Part shown: positions 27,410-46,100 of the stretch, piece after piece | Position numbering within the stretch: position 1 is the first letter of the stretch | Layout of the letters: every line of letters starts with the position of its first letter | From: Bugula neritina | Lineage: Eukaryota; Animalia; Bryozoa | Reading direction: 5' to 3' | NCBI GenBank assembly: GCA_964035545.1 | Contig: OZ037768.1 | Coordinates: forward strand, 20,009,700 to 20,073,699 | DNA length: 64,000 nt | Translations under genes and position numbers: made by a program | Notes under the pieces: generated by a model | Database searches by the model: none | Seen by the model: the letters and a program-made list of their open reading frames with translations, nothing else | What the model was told of the DNA's origin: nothing

Positions 27410-28614
27410 CAGTTGTAAGTGTAATAAGCTTTCAAAAGTTAGGAAGTTTGATTAAAAAGTAATCTAAAACTTAAAAATAAAGTTTTCTCCACAGTTAAAA
27501 ATTATGAGAACATTTTTCAGCCCAGTGCTCCAGTATTTCCAAAATTTCAATAGCCTGAATATTATGGTGGCTCACGGATTTCATATATCTATAGAAAGGG
27601 GGGAGTTCGCCACCCCCTTCCCCTTGGAATTGTTAGAGGCAGTCATGGCGTTTCTACCACTGAACTGAAACTATAACCATAGTTATAGTTCAATGGTTTC
27701 TACATTCCAGCACCACACGGAATGCCACGTGGTAATTAGTGGCATGATTATTGTTGGGCCTTCAATCAGGATGGGGGATCTAGTTAGATTACGAGAAACA
27801 GTCTGCTCCTGCGTCAGTTATGATCAGTTAAAGAAAGAGTGAACACTTGTGTATAGTAGTAGCAGTGTATGGACTAATTATAACGTTTGTTGTTGTATCT
27901 ATCGTATAAAATATATTGTATAATTCTCACGAGACAAACCAGTGAAGTCGATTGTGTAGTTTGAGTAATGCACTAATGAGCTTACACACCTTACCAACAA
28001 TAACATATAGACCTACAATATTTTAGTTTTTTTGTAGATTTTTGTTTGATGTGTGGCGTGAAATGTCTCTCTCTCACCAGAACATGCTTTCTCTTGAACT
28101 AAATTTTTCCAATTTATGACTTCTCATCTATAGCACACTGGTTTTGTTCAGCTTTCGCAGCTATGTTGTAGTGACAGAAGATTTATTTAATTATAGTGTT
28201 TGCGTGAGAATTTTCAAACTTTGTCAGATCCCTACTGTACTAAATATTTAAAATTTGAAATGCTTGAAATGTACTTTTCTGATTCTGCAACACTATATAA
28301 TTAGAAAAAGAATTTGACAGAATAAAGGCTGAGTTTGAAATATTATTCACAATTAATTTGGGAAACTTGAAATTTAGTTAAATTTATGGTGACCTGTCTA
28401 TTTCTCTGGTAAAACCTTTTAACTTGAAGGTGCTTTTTGGCTATTTATGTTGTTTATTAGGTAGTTGAAGGCATATGGCCCGCTCTACCTGTACCTACCT
28501 GGGCTGAAAAATGTTCTCAGCATTTTTAACTGTGGAGAAAACCTTAGTTTGAAGTTTTAGATTACTTTTTAATCAAACTTTCTGACTTTTGAAAGCTTAT
28601 CACACTTACAACTG
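27410..28614. mobile_element. Non-autonomous DNA-transposon-like element with ~116-bp terminal inverted repeats
   Basis: 27410-27525 (cagttgtaagtgtaataagc...cagcccag) is the reverse complement of 28499-28614 with about 8 mismatches. No transposase ORF inside and no clear TSD. Confidence 0.65.
27657..27696. mobile_element. 40-bp palindromic micro-element (CCA...TGG) flanked by a 6-bp direct repeat TTTCTA
   Basis: tttcta|ccactgaactgaaactataaccatagttatagttcaatgg|tttcta; the arms are complementary apart from one mismatch and a 5-nt duplication. Confidence 0.6.
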
Positions 28615-28694
28615 ATCTAAAGCTTTTTCTTCCATCTATTAGCAAATATTTATCTGAAATATCTTTAAATGTTTTGGTTTGATTTAATACATAG

Positions 28695-29988
<1,294 letters not shown>

Positions 29989-30968
29989 AAGTTAAGATAC
30001 AAAAGAATGGCAACCTAGAAGGGTATGTAATATGTTAAACTAGGTTATTCTAACAGTCAACAAATATAAAGTATTTTATGTTACCAAAGAGTAAAAAAAA
30101 TTTAGGTTGGAGATGCTTAGACATTTGATGTAATTACCGTAATTACAGGTTAATAAAATACTTTTTGCATACAAAAGTTCTATCGCTTTTCTATTTTATA
30201 ATAAACTTGGTTTATTTTTCAGTAATATTCTAACCAGCAACAGATGGCTCCTAATTGGTATTTATGGCTCACAACCATCACAAATTTACAAAAGAAGTAT
30301 TGCTCTGACATCATAGCAATTTAGTATTACTTCTTAGTTTGACGTTTTTACAAGACTTAGTGTTTAGTTTTGCAGCTTCTGACTATGAAAACTATTTTAA
30401 TGTTCTTTCAATAAATATGAAGACTCAAGAAAAAACCTATTCTAGTATTTTATTATTTTTGCCCAGACAAAGTTTCAGGATATGTTGCTAGAAAAGCTGC
30501 TAATACTTGTCAGTGCATTTTCACGGTTCCATTATTTACCATATTTATTTTAAGTTAAAAAATACTCCAAAATGTTCAACAAATTAGCAAAGGTTGGCAA
30601 GCAACATAGCAAATAATTTTATGGTACAATATAGATAGTCATTGAACTAAAGTGCTTTTATTAATAATTTTTAATTTCAGCAGCAAGCATAATGTTGTTC
30701 AATTTTTCTACAATACTCTATAATGTATGAAGTTGTCTAGTAGTTTAAATGACCATCTAAATTCTAAAACAATCGAATATTGTCAGTTTTGGCTTTTTAT
30801 TTGTAGTTTAAGTTATTTATAGATTCTATAAACACTTGAAGTATGCTGAAGGGAAACTATTATTAAAAAAAGTTATAGTTTCACTATATATAAAAATACA
30901 ACATAATAGTACACATTTGGGTGTGAAGTATAAATGTTAGATTTGTTTCCATAGCAAAAAACTGATGG

Positions 30969-31911
30969 CTAAAGAGGTACTGCTGCCTTGTCCCAGTTTA
31001 TGATGGTTGTTGTTGTTGTTGGCGCTCGCCTACAGCAGCTGTCTCGAAATGACCTCTTTAGATTTAGAGCTATGACAATTATAACCAGCAAAATACTGGC
31101 TACGACAGCCATCCCCTCAAGGACTCCTGACACAGATTTCTTGCTGCAATTAAAATAATTTTATAATAAACTTTGTAGACATCTGCATAAGCTACATTCC
31201 ATGAGGTTTAATCATCTGCCAAGTCGTGTAAAGTGCCCTCAGGTTGTAGCCATATGTGCAAAGCCATATATGTTATATGACAACTGAAAACATAATGTTG
31301 TATGGCAGCTGAAAACATAAGATCATCAACAGCTAGAGCGAAGAAAATTGTTTGTGTTGTTAGGAAAAGAATTGTAAATATTATTTAAAAAAGCGTAAAT
31401 TTTAAACCGTTGCATTATGCAGCATGCTGTAAAAAATTTATGATTTTTATAAATTATTGTATATCAATTATAGATATTTATCAATTAGAAATAAGTCCTA
31501 ATCTGTTAAATATTGAGCAATTCAAAGCAGTAGAGTTCTTTATAACTTTCGGTTGAAAGATTTCTAATCTCTGTTGCTTATTAGAAATAATATATCATAA
31601 GCTATTATGATTGTATAAAAAACTTTTCCCCTTCCTACTTTTTCTCCCCTAGTTTTACAGGGTTTATAATGCAGGACCAATAAGGTTCCCCAAGTTCACC
31701 ATCACCATGGTGATCCATAAGCAGCAGATGCTAAACAAACATTACCTTTGCCAGTAGGTGCAGCAGTATTCCTCCAACTTTGGACCACAGCAGTACCTCG
31801 CCTTGTCTGAGTCGGTGGCATCGAAGGGACAGACAAAGATCATGACTAGCTGATTTCTAGATTCCTGGTCATAAGTTCTGTTGTTCTGTAGTCTCATGCA
31901 GATGTTGGGAT
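30969..31911 (-). CDS. Shisa-like/CX six-cysteine single-pass membrane protein, copy B (last two exons 31746-31911 and 30969-31143; 5' exons unresolved)
   Basis: PNICMRLQ...IFVCPFDATDSDKARYCCGPKLEEYCCTYWQ|SKKSVSGVLEGMAVVASILLVIIVIALNLKRSFRDSCCRR...AVPL*. C-C-CC-CC pattern plus TM segment; intron positions and phases match copy A. Confidence 0.8.
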
Positions 31912-33413
31912 CTAAAACATTGCATCTAATAGAGTATGTTTTCTCATCATGTATTTTGTGACTTTTCTAAATCAAAGTATTGATGGAAATGACGTGTAAT
32001 GCTGATGTTGGGTGTTTTAGTCTGAAGTCATCAGTAGTAATTCCTTTGATTGAGTATATTATGTCATATGTCAGATCCAATATGAATCCTAACAGAGGGT
32101 CATGCCTTCCTTAAAGTTCCTGTCCTAAATGTTATTGAGTAGTTTAAGTGTTTTAGTAATGAGAAGTCTCTTATTTTCATTGGCAGACTATGCCATCAGC
32201 TTCATATGGAGAGGTTATATAATTTGCAAGGCCACACAGATACACTACAGTGATGATTTGGTTTGAAGTAAGAAATGAAAATGAAACTTTCACTCTACTT
32301 CTGCGCTTCTACTCAGTGTGTGGTCGCCAAAAATACAAACCATCATTAATAAATCTTAAACATTTTTTGATATTGTTGCAAAAGAACAAACAGTTTAAAA
32401 TTGGTGCAATCTTTGTAAATTACATCAAATAACTCAACTGAATAAGTCTTCTCTAACTTGATAAAAGAGCAATCAATAATGTTTATAAACTAAAAAGTTA
32501 ATTGAGGCTTTATAATATGTATTCGAAACCACATAATATCATTCTGTGATGATAATCCCATTATTTATAGAAATATCATGACATCCTTCGACCTGCCAAT
32601 AAAAATCCCATAACTTCGGGTAATAATAATCTTGGATATGGCTAATTTTTGGCAGATTTTCAAGTCTTGAGTCCTATATGCTTCTCATGCAGCATATTGC
32701 AGACTTTGACTAAGCTTAGAATGGACATTATTATTATGTGTACGTTTTTGAAAAAAGTTGGTTTTGTTTAATATTTCAAGAGCCACTTCAATCTTGAAAG
32801 GACTTACTTTTACTGTATCCTGACTTTTGTTGAAACCTGGCATTATACTCTGATATTCCAGAAACATGGAGTCCAGATGCCTTAGCCCTATTATACTTTT
32901 TTATTCCAACTCCCCTAAAAGAGCCAAACCTATATAAAATGCCACATCATTTTCATTATATGTACTATACTCTATTATAGCCTGGAATATAATTTGATTT
33001 AGTAGTCTAATGTAGAATTTGTCAGTTTATTTCTTATTAAAAACCAAGCATGACTCATCCACAGTCCTCTCACTATAATAACTAACATCAGGCCGCAAGT
33101 AAATCCCGTGGGAAGGACTTCTACAATGGTTTATTATGTCACGACATACCCTAGCCTACCTTTCCAAGGAAAGCTCCAGAACTTATAGTGTTGCCGTGGT
33201 TACTTGGAGACATAATGTTGAACTTCCCAACATCATCTCAAGACTTTAGAAAATGAGTATCAAAACTCGTAAAATGAAAGATGTTAATGTTAGTTGTGCA
33301 AACTTGAGGTCCAGTCTTCAACATTACAGTAGGTAAATCTTATACTCACTCTAAATTTCCTGCTCCATATGTTGACAAACTGTAGACTGCTCCACCTTAA
33401 ATTTTAATATATA

Positions 33414-33443
33414 CCTATATATATATATAACATTTAAATATGA

Positions 33444-33522
<79 letters not shown>
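33414..33522. repeat. (AT)n microsatellite
   Basis: Direct inspection. Confidence 0.95.
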
Positions 33523-33525
<3 letters not shown>

Positions 33526-35705
33526 CTTAACAACATCTAGACTTGGGGATTTGAAAACTCATTACCATCTAGAAAAGTCTAAGGACTGTAAAGATTACTA
33601 GTGAATCAGAATACTGTGTTTTAGACTGTCATTTCTATTTTTAGCTCATTAGAATTTTTAATTTAGTTCCATTTAAGTAGTCTTAAGTCACACTTGAAGT
33701 CAGGTAATATTATGTAGGCTTTACATAATCAGTGTTGACACCCAGTTCCTGTTTCTTACATCAGGAATTCTTGCAGTATACCCAGGCAGGAACTAGTTTG
33801 ATTTGGTCATGTATCCCAATGATATGATCATAACATAGAAGATAGAAGTTATATCTAATCATTGCAATCTCAATCCTCTTAGATTTATACCATGTTGCTT
33901 GAATTGAACAGGTCTTAATATTTTTTAAAATACTAAACAACTACAAACATTTTATTCAGCCAGTAAATATTCTGCTGAATGTTTCACTAATCATACTTAC
34001 AGTTTAGAAGAATGATCAGAGTCACCACCATAGCAGGTGTATCCATGGTAGAACTGCAGCCTCAAACAGAAAGAATGGCAGAGGAGTTGTTCTCTATTGC
34101 ATTGTGAAGTCAAGTTCAGCTAGACTAGAAGTTAGACCTGCAACACTCGATGCAAATGTCAGCAGTTCCACTTGCCTGCTAGTTTAACTTATACAACTTA
34201 CAGTGATACTGATCTTACTGTGTAATACCAGCACTACTGGGGGTTTTGACCTGTTCAGAGTATTAATTGTTTGGGTAGCCAAAGGTTATTAACAGGATTC
34301 TAAGATATAAACTTCTACATACTATTCATTGAGATCAATGTATGCATTGGAAAAGCTTGTAGTGAGTGATTCCATTAAGATTTGAAACTCAAGTTAATGA
34401 AATTTGTCCAGAGATTTTTTTCTTGGCATGTCTTCCTTCAAAGCTGTGTTTTAACATTCTGCTGCTGTTACTGCTGCTGCTGCTGTTGCTACTGCTGCAA
34501 TGGTGTAATGTAAAATCAAAACCAACCATGTAAGCAGGTGTTTGTTAACAAATTAAAACAATATTATTGAATTCACCAACACCTAATAGGTTAGAATCTG
34601 TTAACTGTTAACTACTGGAAGATTCCCGTGAATAAATGAATTTACCCTACATTGCACCGATAGCATATCAACAATCTATGTGGTCATTTCAACCTCTCTA
34701 TTTTAGCTATGTATACTCTAACTTGTAGGTCATTTACTCCAATGAAATGTGCAAGTAAAATCTAATACAATCATTATTCATTCTATAGATTAGCTTATAG
34801 ACTAATCTCAATGAGTTCTACACTGCATGTACAACTTTAGTATTATCACTAGCGATGTAGACCTCATAGTTGCTGAGTCAAACTTCCTTACTGTTCGTAG
34901 AGTAGAAGAATAAGCTGTGCTGGCCATAACATAAGCTCAATAACCATAATAATATATAACATGCTTTATAGTATAAGTAAAGCTTCAGTTCAGTTGATCA
35001 CAGTTGTTGAATAAGTTGCTGCAATATACTGATAGAAATGTTTATGCTTTGATGGTTATGTTTAGATAATTTATCACATATTAAATTGTTTTAGTTTTAT
35101 CAACAATTATTGTTTTTATTATTTTAATTGTTCCTTTCAATTAATGTATAAGTATTCATACTATCATCTGTACCTATATCTGTATCTGTGCTAAATGGCC
35201 GTAGTGTACTAGATAATTTTATATTTATAATATTTATATATTTTAAACTTTCACATTCTGTTCTACCATATTTTGTCATTGCAATTTGATTCTACACTGT
35301 TTTTTTTTATATTTTCATATTGTCATTTGTTTTTTATGTTTCATGCAGTTTTATTTTTTGCAGCTTGCATTTAATGTTTCACATGTGTATATTTATATTC
35401 CAATATTTGTTCTATTATATATAATATTTGTTACACTAATATTGTAGCAGTTCATATCTATTACATAAACTATATTTGTTTGAAAAGAGCTCAATGAACC
35501 CGAATCCTCACTCAACATTCATCGACCACCAAGTATTAATATTCTTGTGCAAAGTGTTTGAAATGAATCAGGTTCAGTGCTCAGGTAATGAAATGAAGTT
35601 CTAAACTAAAGCCTGCTAAGTTCAGTGACTGTGAAGTATCGATTGGCAGCAAAATATATGAAATGCAAGTCTCTATTGAAGGCAGCAGTTTCTAGAGTCA
35701 GCAAG

Positions 35706-38235
<2,530 letters not shown>

Positions 38236-40380
38236 GATACAACAGGAGACCAGCGTGTGGCGTGATGTTTATTAATTTTAATTTGTTTAGCTTAACAGTA
38301 ATTGCAGCTTTTGTAATAAATGAAGTGATTTCACTCCGCAGCCAGATATAACTAGTATAATAATGTATAAATATAGGTTTAACATTTTCCCAAGGTATGT
38401 GAAAAGAAAATTCTTTTGACTAAAATATGATTGTAATTTATATATTTTGTGGGTGACTATAATTTATATATCTATATTATGATTTTGGTGAAAAGCATAA
38501 TAAACTGTGATTGAAGTCGTTAAGAAAACAACTCCTATCATATCAAATAAGTTTATATATTGGCATAGTAACTGTTTTTCACGTACAAGCATCAATTGTT
38601 GGCTCTGCATTAAACATACTTCAGTCATATAAAATGGTATAGTTCATGCTCAAAGTAATCAAGAAAAAGTAAACTGAAATAAAAACCTCAGCTATTATTT
38701 TGATTTTGCCAAATTTAATATAAAAATAACAATTGGTCAACCAAAATTACATTTAATCAACCATTGGCAAGTGTCAATTTCACTTTTATAACCTTTTATA
38801 AGTTGTCTTACCCTTACATTTAATGACTGCTTTCTGCTTTTAAATAATAATATTATAAGAATTACTTGCTGCTCATCAACAATAGGGAGCACAACTCCTC
38901 ATTATAGCAATCAATACTTGGCTGCAATATTGTAAAAATAATAATACAGAGCTTTCTCCGTATCTCACTAAGCTACGTCGCAAAACTTCAATTCATGACC
39001 TAGTAGCATACCTTATTTAACTCAATATCTCTAAACACACATACGGTAAGTGTGTATACACATAAAGTACGCTCTTTAATGACCTCTGGCCATTTAACCT
39101 AAACTTTGCAACTGCATTTGATTATTATCAAAACAACACAATTATACAAAAGACAGGCTTCTCCAATAATGGCAGCATCACTCACTCAACATTTGAAATT
39201 GACACGAAAAAAATTTTGTCAAGATTTTCAATGGTTCTTTAGACACCACTGGAGTTCAATAACTTCCTGTGACCTGTGGAATTTTGTTTGAAAGAGATCC
39301 ATGAGCTATAGATGGAGCACTTTATCATATTTAAAATGGTAACTGCAGAGTATGCTCAAACAACATTGGTAATCAGCCAATGTATATATATTTTTTTTAT
39401 ATTACATGGAGGTTTGTAAAGCTGAAATTTGTAGTTGTGTCCACCTTTGGTTAGTGTGTCATAGTAGACTGTTGATTGTCATTGTAAGCAGCATAAGTGT
39501 ATCGTTCTAATGAAATAGGTATGTATTTCTAAACGCCATTGGTGGGCATGGCTAGATTTTGCATGTACATGGAAATTATATATCACAATACTGCTAGATA
39601 TGTTGCCTAACTTGCATATTCTTGTGCTGAGACCTGGTAAATGTCTAAACAAGTTTCAACTTCCCTTTTTGACCCATAGGGTTGTTGTAATACTTCATTT
39701 CTATTGTTTAAAGATCTTGCATATACTTTTCTTATGATTACACAAGTGGTACTTTTAACTCCTTTTATCTCTCTATGAACATTAAGTGATAACTATATTT
39801 GCTGATGAAATAAATGTATAGGAGAAATAGACAACAAGTTCACAAGTCTCTGCAAGTTATTGTGATGTTAAATGACTGCTCAGCTGTGATTTTATTCAAT
39901 ACATCTTCACATTTATATAGCAAAGACTTTTGGTGTAGAAGATAAAATCTCTCTCGCCTTGCTCATGTTCATACACATAAAAACAAGAAATCTAATGCTG
40001 TGGTGAGTACTTTAGATGCAATGCTTGGATGAAAATCCACCACTCCCAATCCACAATAGATCCATAGTTGCTGTTCTTATCTTTTCGGTTGCTGAACCAG
40101 TTTAACACAGCTTTAGTATCTTTCCACTGGCTTACAGATGACTTGTTGACAAGTATAGGTTCAATGTGTGCTTATTTTGCTTACTTCTGGCTTATTATAG
40201 ATGGTTGATTAATGTGCAGGTTGAAATTCTCTCAAAGTTAGTCTGTTGGTGTGATGTAATATGCTGTTTTCTTAGTTGGGATAATCATTCTGTAGACTAA
40301 CCTATTACTAATTGCTATTACTGTCTGGAAAATATAGAGGGCAGGGAGGGAAAGATTGTTTTTAGTAAAAGTATTGGAAA

Positions 40381-40555
40381 AAAACTCACGAACTTTTATA
40401 GTGGCTATCCCTGGGAGAAACACCTGATAGAAAGGGTATTTTGTTAAATTGGGCTAAGAATTTATTCAGATGGGGGCAAAAGAGCAATTATGACTGGACG
40501 CTTTTCCTAACATCACCAATGGCCTTTATTGGGGTTTGAACCTTTGACTTTGCGT
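40381..40555 (-). mobile_element. tRNA-derived SINE copy (head truncated by a microsatellite)
   Basis: The reverse complement aligns with 50480-50651 (ggccattggtgatgttagga..gcgt.cagtcataa...catctgaataa.ttcttagcccaatttaacaaaa); a B-box-like ggttcaaacc is present. Confidence 0.75.
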
Positions 40556-40983
<428 letters not shown>

Positions 40984-43167
40984 GAAGCTGAGTCTATGTG
41001 AGATGATGAGTGACAACCCTAACCATGCATTGAGCACCCAGTAGAAGGATAAGTAGAGAAGGCATGTCACATCGCATGACAAATAATACGATAACTGAAA
41101 ATAAATTAGAATAAAATTGTGCTGTTCGTGCTATGTGAATATTGAACAGAGATCTTCAGATTGACTGACAGGCAGGTAGTTATTTTGTCTCCATGGCAAC
41201 CAAGCTGTCACTCTATTGTCTTGTTATACATAATTATTAAACTTTATACAATTGCAGAATAAGTAGCATTAACAGTTACAGTGCATTAGTACATTAGAAA
41301 ATCATATAAAATGCAACTTGCATGGCTTCAGGTTAGCAGTAATTCTTTGACTAAAATTATCACATTCCAAAATTAGGGCCCAAAATAACACACTAAAAGT
41401 TTTTATATCAATTATAATATGTTCTACTTAAATGATGTGTGAGCCAATATAATATAGTCAATTTTAGAGTGGCATTTATTCACCTCTTCCCCTCCACAAA
41501 AATATCCCTATCCACTCAGTCCTATTCTAGAAAATTCTCTGTGAAATAATCTCAGTACTATTGGAAAGATAACTCCAGTGCAAGGTCTCTCTTGGGGCAA
41601 TCATACTGTTGACATTAGGTTGTTGACTGATAAGGGAAGTAAAGCAGCTCCTTGAAAGCAGATGAACAGGAAACTGCCATCTGCAGTGCTGTGAAAAGCC
41701 AATTGACAGCTCCATATACACAATTGCTATCAAATTCTTTATCAGTGTGTCACTAATAAAAATATGAAATACAGATGTTTAATGACCTTTTTGATTTATT
41801 TATAGCATAGATGTACTTTATATTATTTAGTTTATCAAAGTTATACCATATAACTTTCTGCTTGTCAAATATATAAGAGCATGTGTATGTGTTTTGTAGT
41901 TAAAGCGGTACATCTTCAGTACTTTCTATACTGGATCCACACTGGTGTGTACTTACTATGGTGAAGGAATAATATTTTGTGAAATAATGGTAGTTTCAAT
42001 TGAATCTATTGATAATAATAGTTAATTCACAAGCAATGATAATAATAGTTAATTCACAAGCAATGTAAGCTTAGTCTTTATGTTCCCTGACAAAGGTGCC
42101 ATCACCTATTAGTATTTCTCAGCTTAGACCTGATGTTTCAATAGCAGCAGTCAAACAAGCTTGAGAAAGTTACCTAACTAGCCAACTCTTTGCTAATCAC
42201 ACGTTACCTGGAAGATTATCACTGCTACTAGGAGGTGTAAATCCTAGAAAGCTATTCTCAAGGTTGTCTAGCTTTGTGATACTTATTCGTCTGTCTACAT
42301 CAGGGTTTACTAATAGCATTTCTGGCCAAAGTTTGAATTGATTGATTTGGAAAAATGATAATTGCTTTATCATTCTTTGACAGAGTCTAACAAAGAAATC
42401 AGATTTTGTATCTGTAGAAGCTTGGTTCTTGCAAAAGAGTGACTGATTGAAGAGAAATTACTAAATATATTTTACTTTTTTTAGATTTGAAATATACAAT
42501 GTATTGAGATTAGTAGGGTATAAAAGTTTGAGTACTACAAAATTTTTGTACATGCATGAATGTATACAATAAAATGTTAATCTAAAAAATCTCACTCCAA
42601 CATACTTTCTTCCATGAGACTTTCTTGAAACTAAAAAAAACTGTTTTGGTAACTCAGTTAGTAACTCTAACTGAGTTACAGTGAGTGATCAGAGATTCTC
42701 ATCTTAAGCTCTTTTGAAAAAAAAGGAAACTTTAAGCAGATGAAATCAGCTGTTAAACTACTGATATGATGAGACAATACTGTTATATACTAACTTGTTC
42801 CTACAACTCTTAAATTGAAAACTTAAAAATATCAGTATAATTTATAATGCAGTCTCAAGTATTTATCAGACATTGCTATAAATGGAGACATTATACTTTA
42901 CATAAATGTGATAAAATTGGCTTAAGCCTGCATATTTTTTAATTTTTAATTACTAGTGTGGTCATGGGATAGTTTGAGGTAATGGCTAACCAGTTACTCT
43001 GTTAACTCCATAGTATAAAATATTGCAACTAGAGAAAAAAATGTTAGTAATGAAATTTGAAGCCCACTGGTGATTTCAAAAGATAATTATTCAAGGAGCT
43101 TATCTTATGCTAGAATAGACATAACTGTTGGCTAGCATCACTGTTTGTTTTGCTGGTGTCAGCATGA

Positions 43168-46100
43168 TCATACAGCGGCCTCTTGAGGCACCCTGCCGCA
43201 ACAGCACCCTAATCTTCTGAAGAACTTGCTCCAGGAGCTCATTGTCTTGTTAGACCATATCCAGAAGCCAGAAGTAATTCCAACTATGAGATAGCCAAGG
43301 TACTTAAACATAAACCAAATAAAATCCGGGCCTCGAGATTCTCGGAGCAAATCTTTGTGTAGAGGGCAGGTCAACAGACCTTTGAACTCAGGTTCATCAC
43401 AGATTTTAGCCTGATACTGCTCCAGCCAATGGCCCCTGTTGAGCAATTCATACACGTTGCACACAATCACAATGATGGCGGGAACTGTGTACAAGACGGA
43501 GAACACACCAATTCGGACCATTAGCTTTTCCAGTTTATTTGTTTTAGTGCCGGTGTGCTTGATGGCATTTCGAATATGAAAGAGTGAGATGAATCCAGCT
43601 ACTAAGAAAATGGTTCCAAGTGTAAGATAGGCTACCAGAGGCGCTATGATGTAGCCAATCAGAGAGGTTCTATCAGATAGTCCGGTAAAGCAGACACCTA
43701 CAAAGTATACTACATATACATCTACTAGCTTATAGCAGTGTAAGATTTCAGTTTGTACCGGGAATAAATAAGGTTATAAAGTTTCATCAAGGAAGCTAAT
43801 TATTTCATAGATAGGAGGAGAGCTAACAGCGTGATACCTTTTGGTTGTTCAAATTAGGAATATTTTTAAGATTGCAGATGAAAGCATATTTATGAGATTC
43901 TAATCATAATGAGTGCAACTGTAAAGGGCCGCAGCTCGAAGGAACTGGCTTTTAACTTGCAACTGGAACAAAGCTAGACTCCAACAATAATTAGTATTTC
44001 TAATAGCCATTACAGGAGATTGAAATAAGCTAGCTTAATCAGTCTATTCATTCTATCAATAAGATTAATAAACTGTAAGTGAATTCAGTGAATCACTTTG
44101 TGAACACAATACCCCTCATTGTTCAGGCCACTCCTGTACTATCAGTTCCAGCACTACGCTGCTCAGCTGTATTGTGCTGTGACTAAGCAAATTCATACAA
44201 TTATCAATCAAAATTGCTACAATGAGCTGAGGAAATAAACGATATGGCAAATCTACCAAGAAGTTGACATTAAATATTGGTACTTGTGAAAAAGAATATG
44301 GGGATACTAGTGTATTGAACAATGTGCAATAGCTGGGCTCTGAAACTTAGATTTCCAAAGACATTTTCAATAGCTAAATGTTGTGACAGACTTGTTTGAT
44401 ATACTACAGTAAGCTTACTCAAACCATCACCCTAATTTAATTGATTTCAAGAACTTTTAGAAATAATTGTCAGAAAATGAAGTTGAGAGATTTGTTTCAA
44501 GGAATAAAGTTTAATTGATTCAATTTATGTATTTTATACAGTTGGATTATATTTTGTATAACTTTAACTTGTTAGGCATTCTAAACATTATTTAGCATAA
44601 AATAATACATTGATTTTTTTTAATCGGCAAGTAAACAACTAAGTTCTTTCAAATAGTGATTTTACTAGTAAGGGGGAGGGGGTTTACAGCCATAAATTTG
44701 AGCTTTTACAATGTTTTTGTTGATTTATACGCTATCTTTCCTGTTTAAGACTGATTCCTGCTCTACAAGATTAATTGGCTAGTAGGTATGACATTCAAAT
44801 AATAAATCAACTAAAATTACAGCTCACAGAAACAGACTGCTGAGCAGTTGGGTAGTAGTTGTTACTAGGGCTAAGAAACAAAGGTTAGATTTTAAACAAA
44901 CAATACAAATGTGATTTCACTATAAGCAATTAGTTCTAAACAAATATGGGTACAACAAAGGCAAACACAGACATCATATCTATCTAAGAAAAAGGAGTAA
45001 TGAGTCATATTCATAGTGAGTTAGGTGTTGAGATCTGCAACTGTAGTAGTCCTGGAAGATTTGTACAGCAAACTCAAGTACTTTGCCAAAACAATTGAAG
45101 TGAAATGTCATACAAACAATAAACTTTGAGAGATCTTGCTTTAGTAAATTTTGACATTCCTTAGTATTAAGTAAGACATATTGACATAACAAAGCCACCA
45201 GATACTGTCATATTTTGGGATCAAACAAAGCAATGGCTTCTCTTTACAGCTAATAAAAAAGTCTAAACTTTCTACCTACCCGACAATACATCTCCATCAA
45301 TAGATCGTAGAGCTATAATAGTTATAGTCTTGATAGCAGGAACAGCCCAAGCTGCCAAGTGAAAGTATTGAGAGTTGGACTCTATGGCTTCGTGTCCCCA
45401 TTTCAGTCCAGCAGCTAGAACCCAGGTTAAAGTGAGGATCACCCACCAGATTGAAGACGCCATTGTAAAGAAATACGTTAGCATAAACAGTATGGTGCAG
45501 CCTTCATTTTTAGTTCCCTGAGTCACTACTAATTCTCCTCCAGCAGCCGTAATACAGGAAGCCTTATCCTCCAAAATAAAGCCGACAATATAGCAGATGG
45601 ACACGATCAGATAGCAGCCAGATATAAATATGATTGGTCTCTCTGGATAACTAAACCTATCCATGTCTATAAGAAAAGTTAACACCGTAAAAAGTGTTGA
45701 CACGAAACAGAGAATGGCCCAGACACCAATCCAGTACCTGGCGAGTGTTTCATTGTTTTCATCAAAAAACACACCTTTACATGGCAAACCACAATCTTCC
45801 ATTTCATAGCCTTTAAGTTGTGTCAGCTGTAATTTATATTTCAGTTTTGGTTCAGTCCTCCATGTGAGAGGGCACACACCACTGATTATACTTTTCTGAG
45901 GAGGTAGCAAAGTATTTCGGGTTTGATCACCGCCAACAATTTCAGAATTATGCGAAGTGGGGAGAGTCTGTTGTGGCTGCAGAGGGTTCCATAAATTATT
46001 TTTGTTATAGTTTGGAGTATTGGGAGCTATACCTTCACCATTGAATGATTGATGATTAGTTGATTGCCCACCGTTTGGCTGGCCAACATTTGGATAGCTA

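Noticed and set aside
42011-42064. 27-bp tandem duplication
   Set aside because: Ordinary slippage duplication with no further structure.
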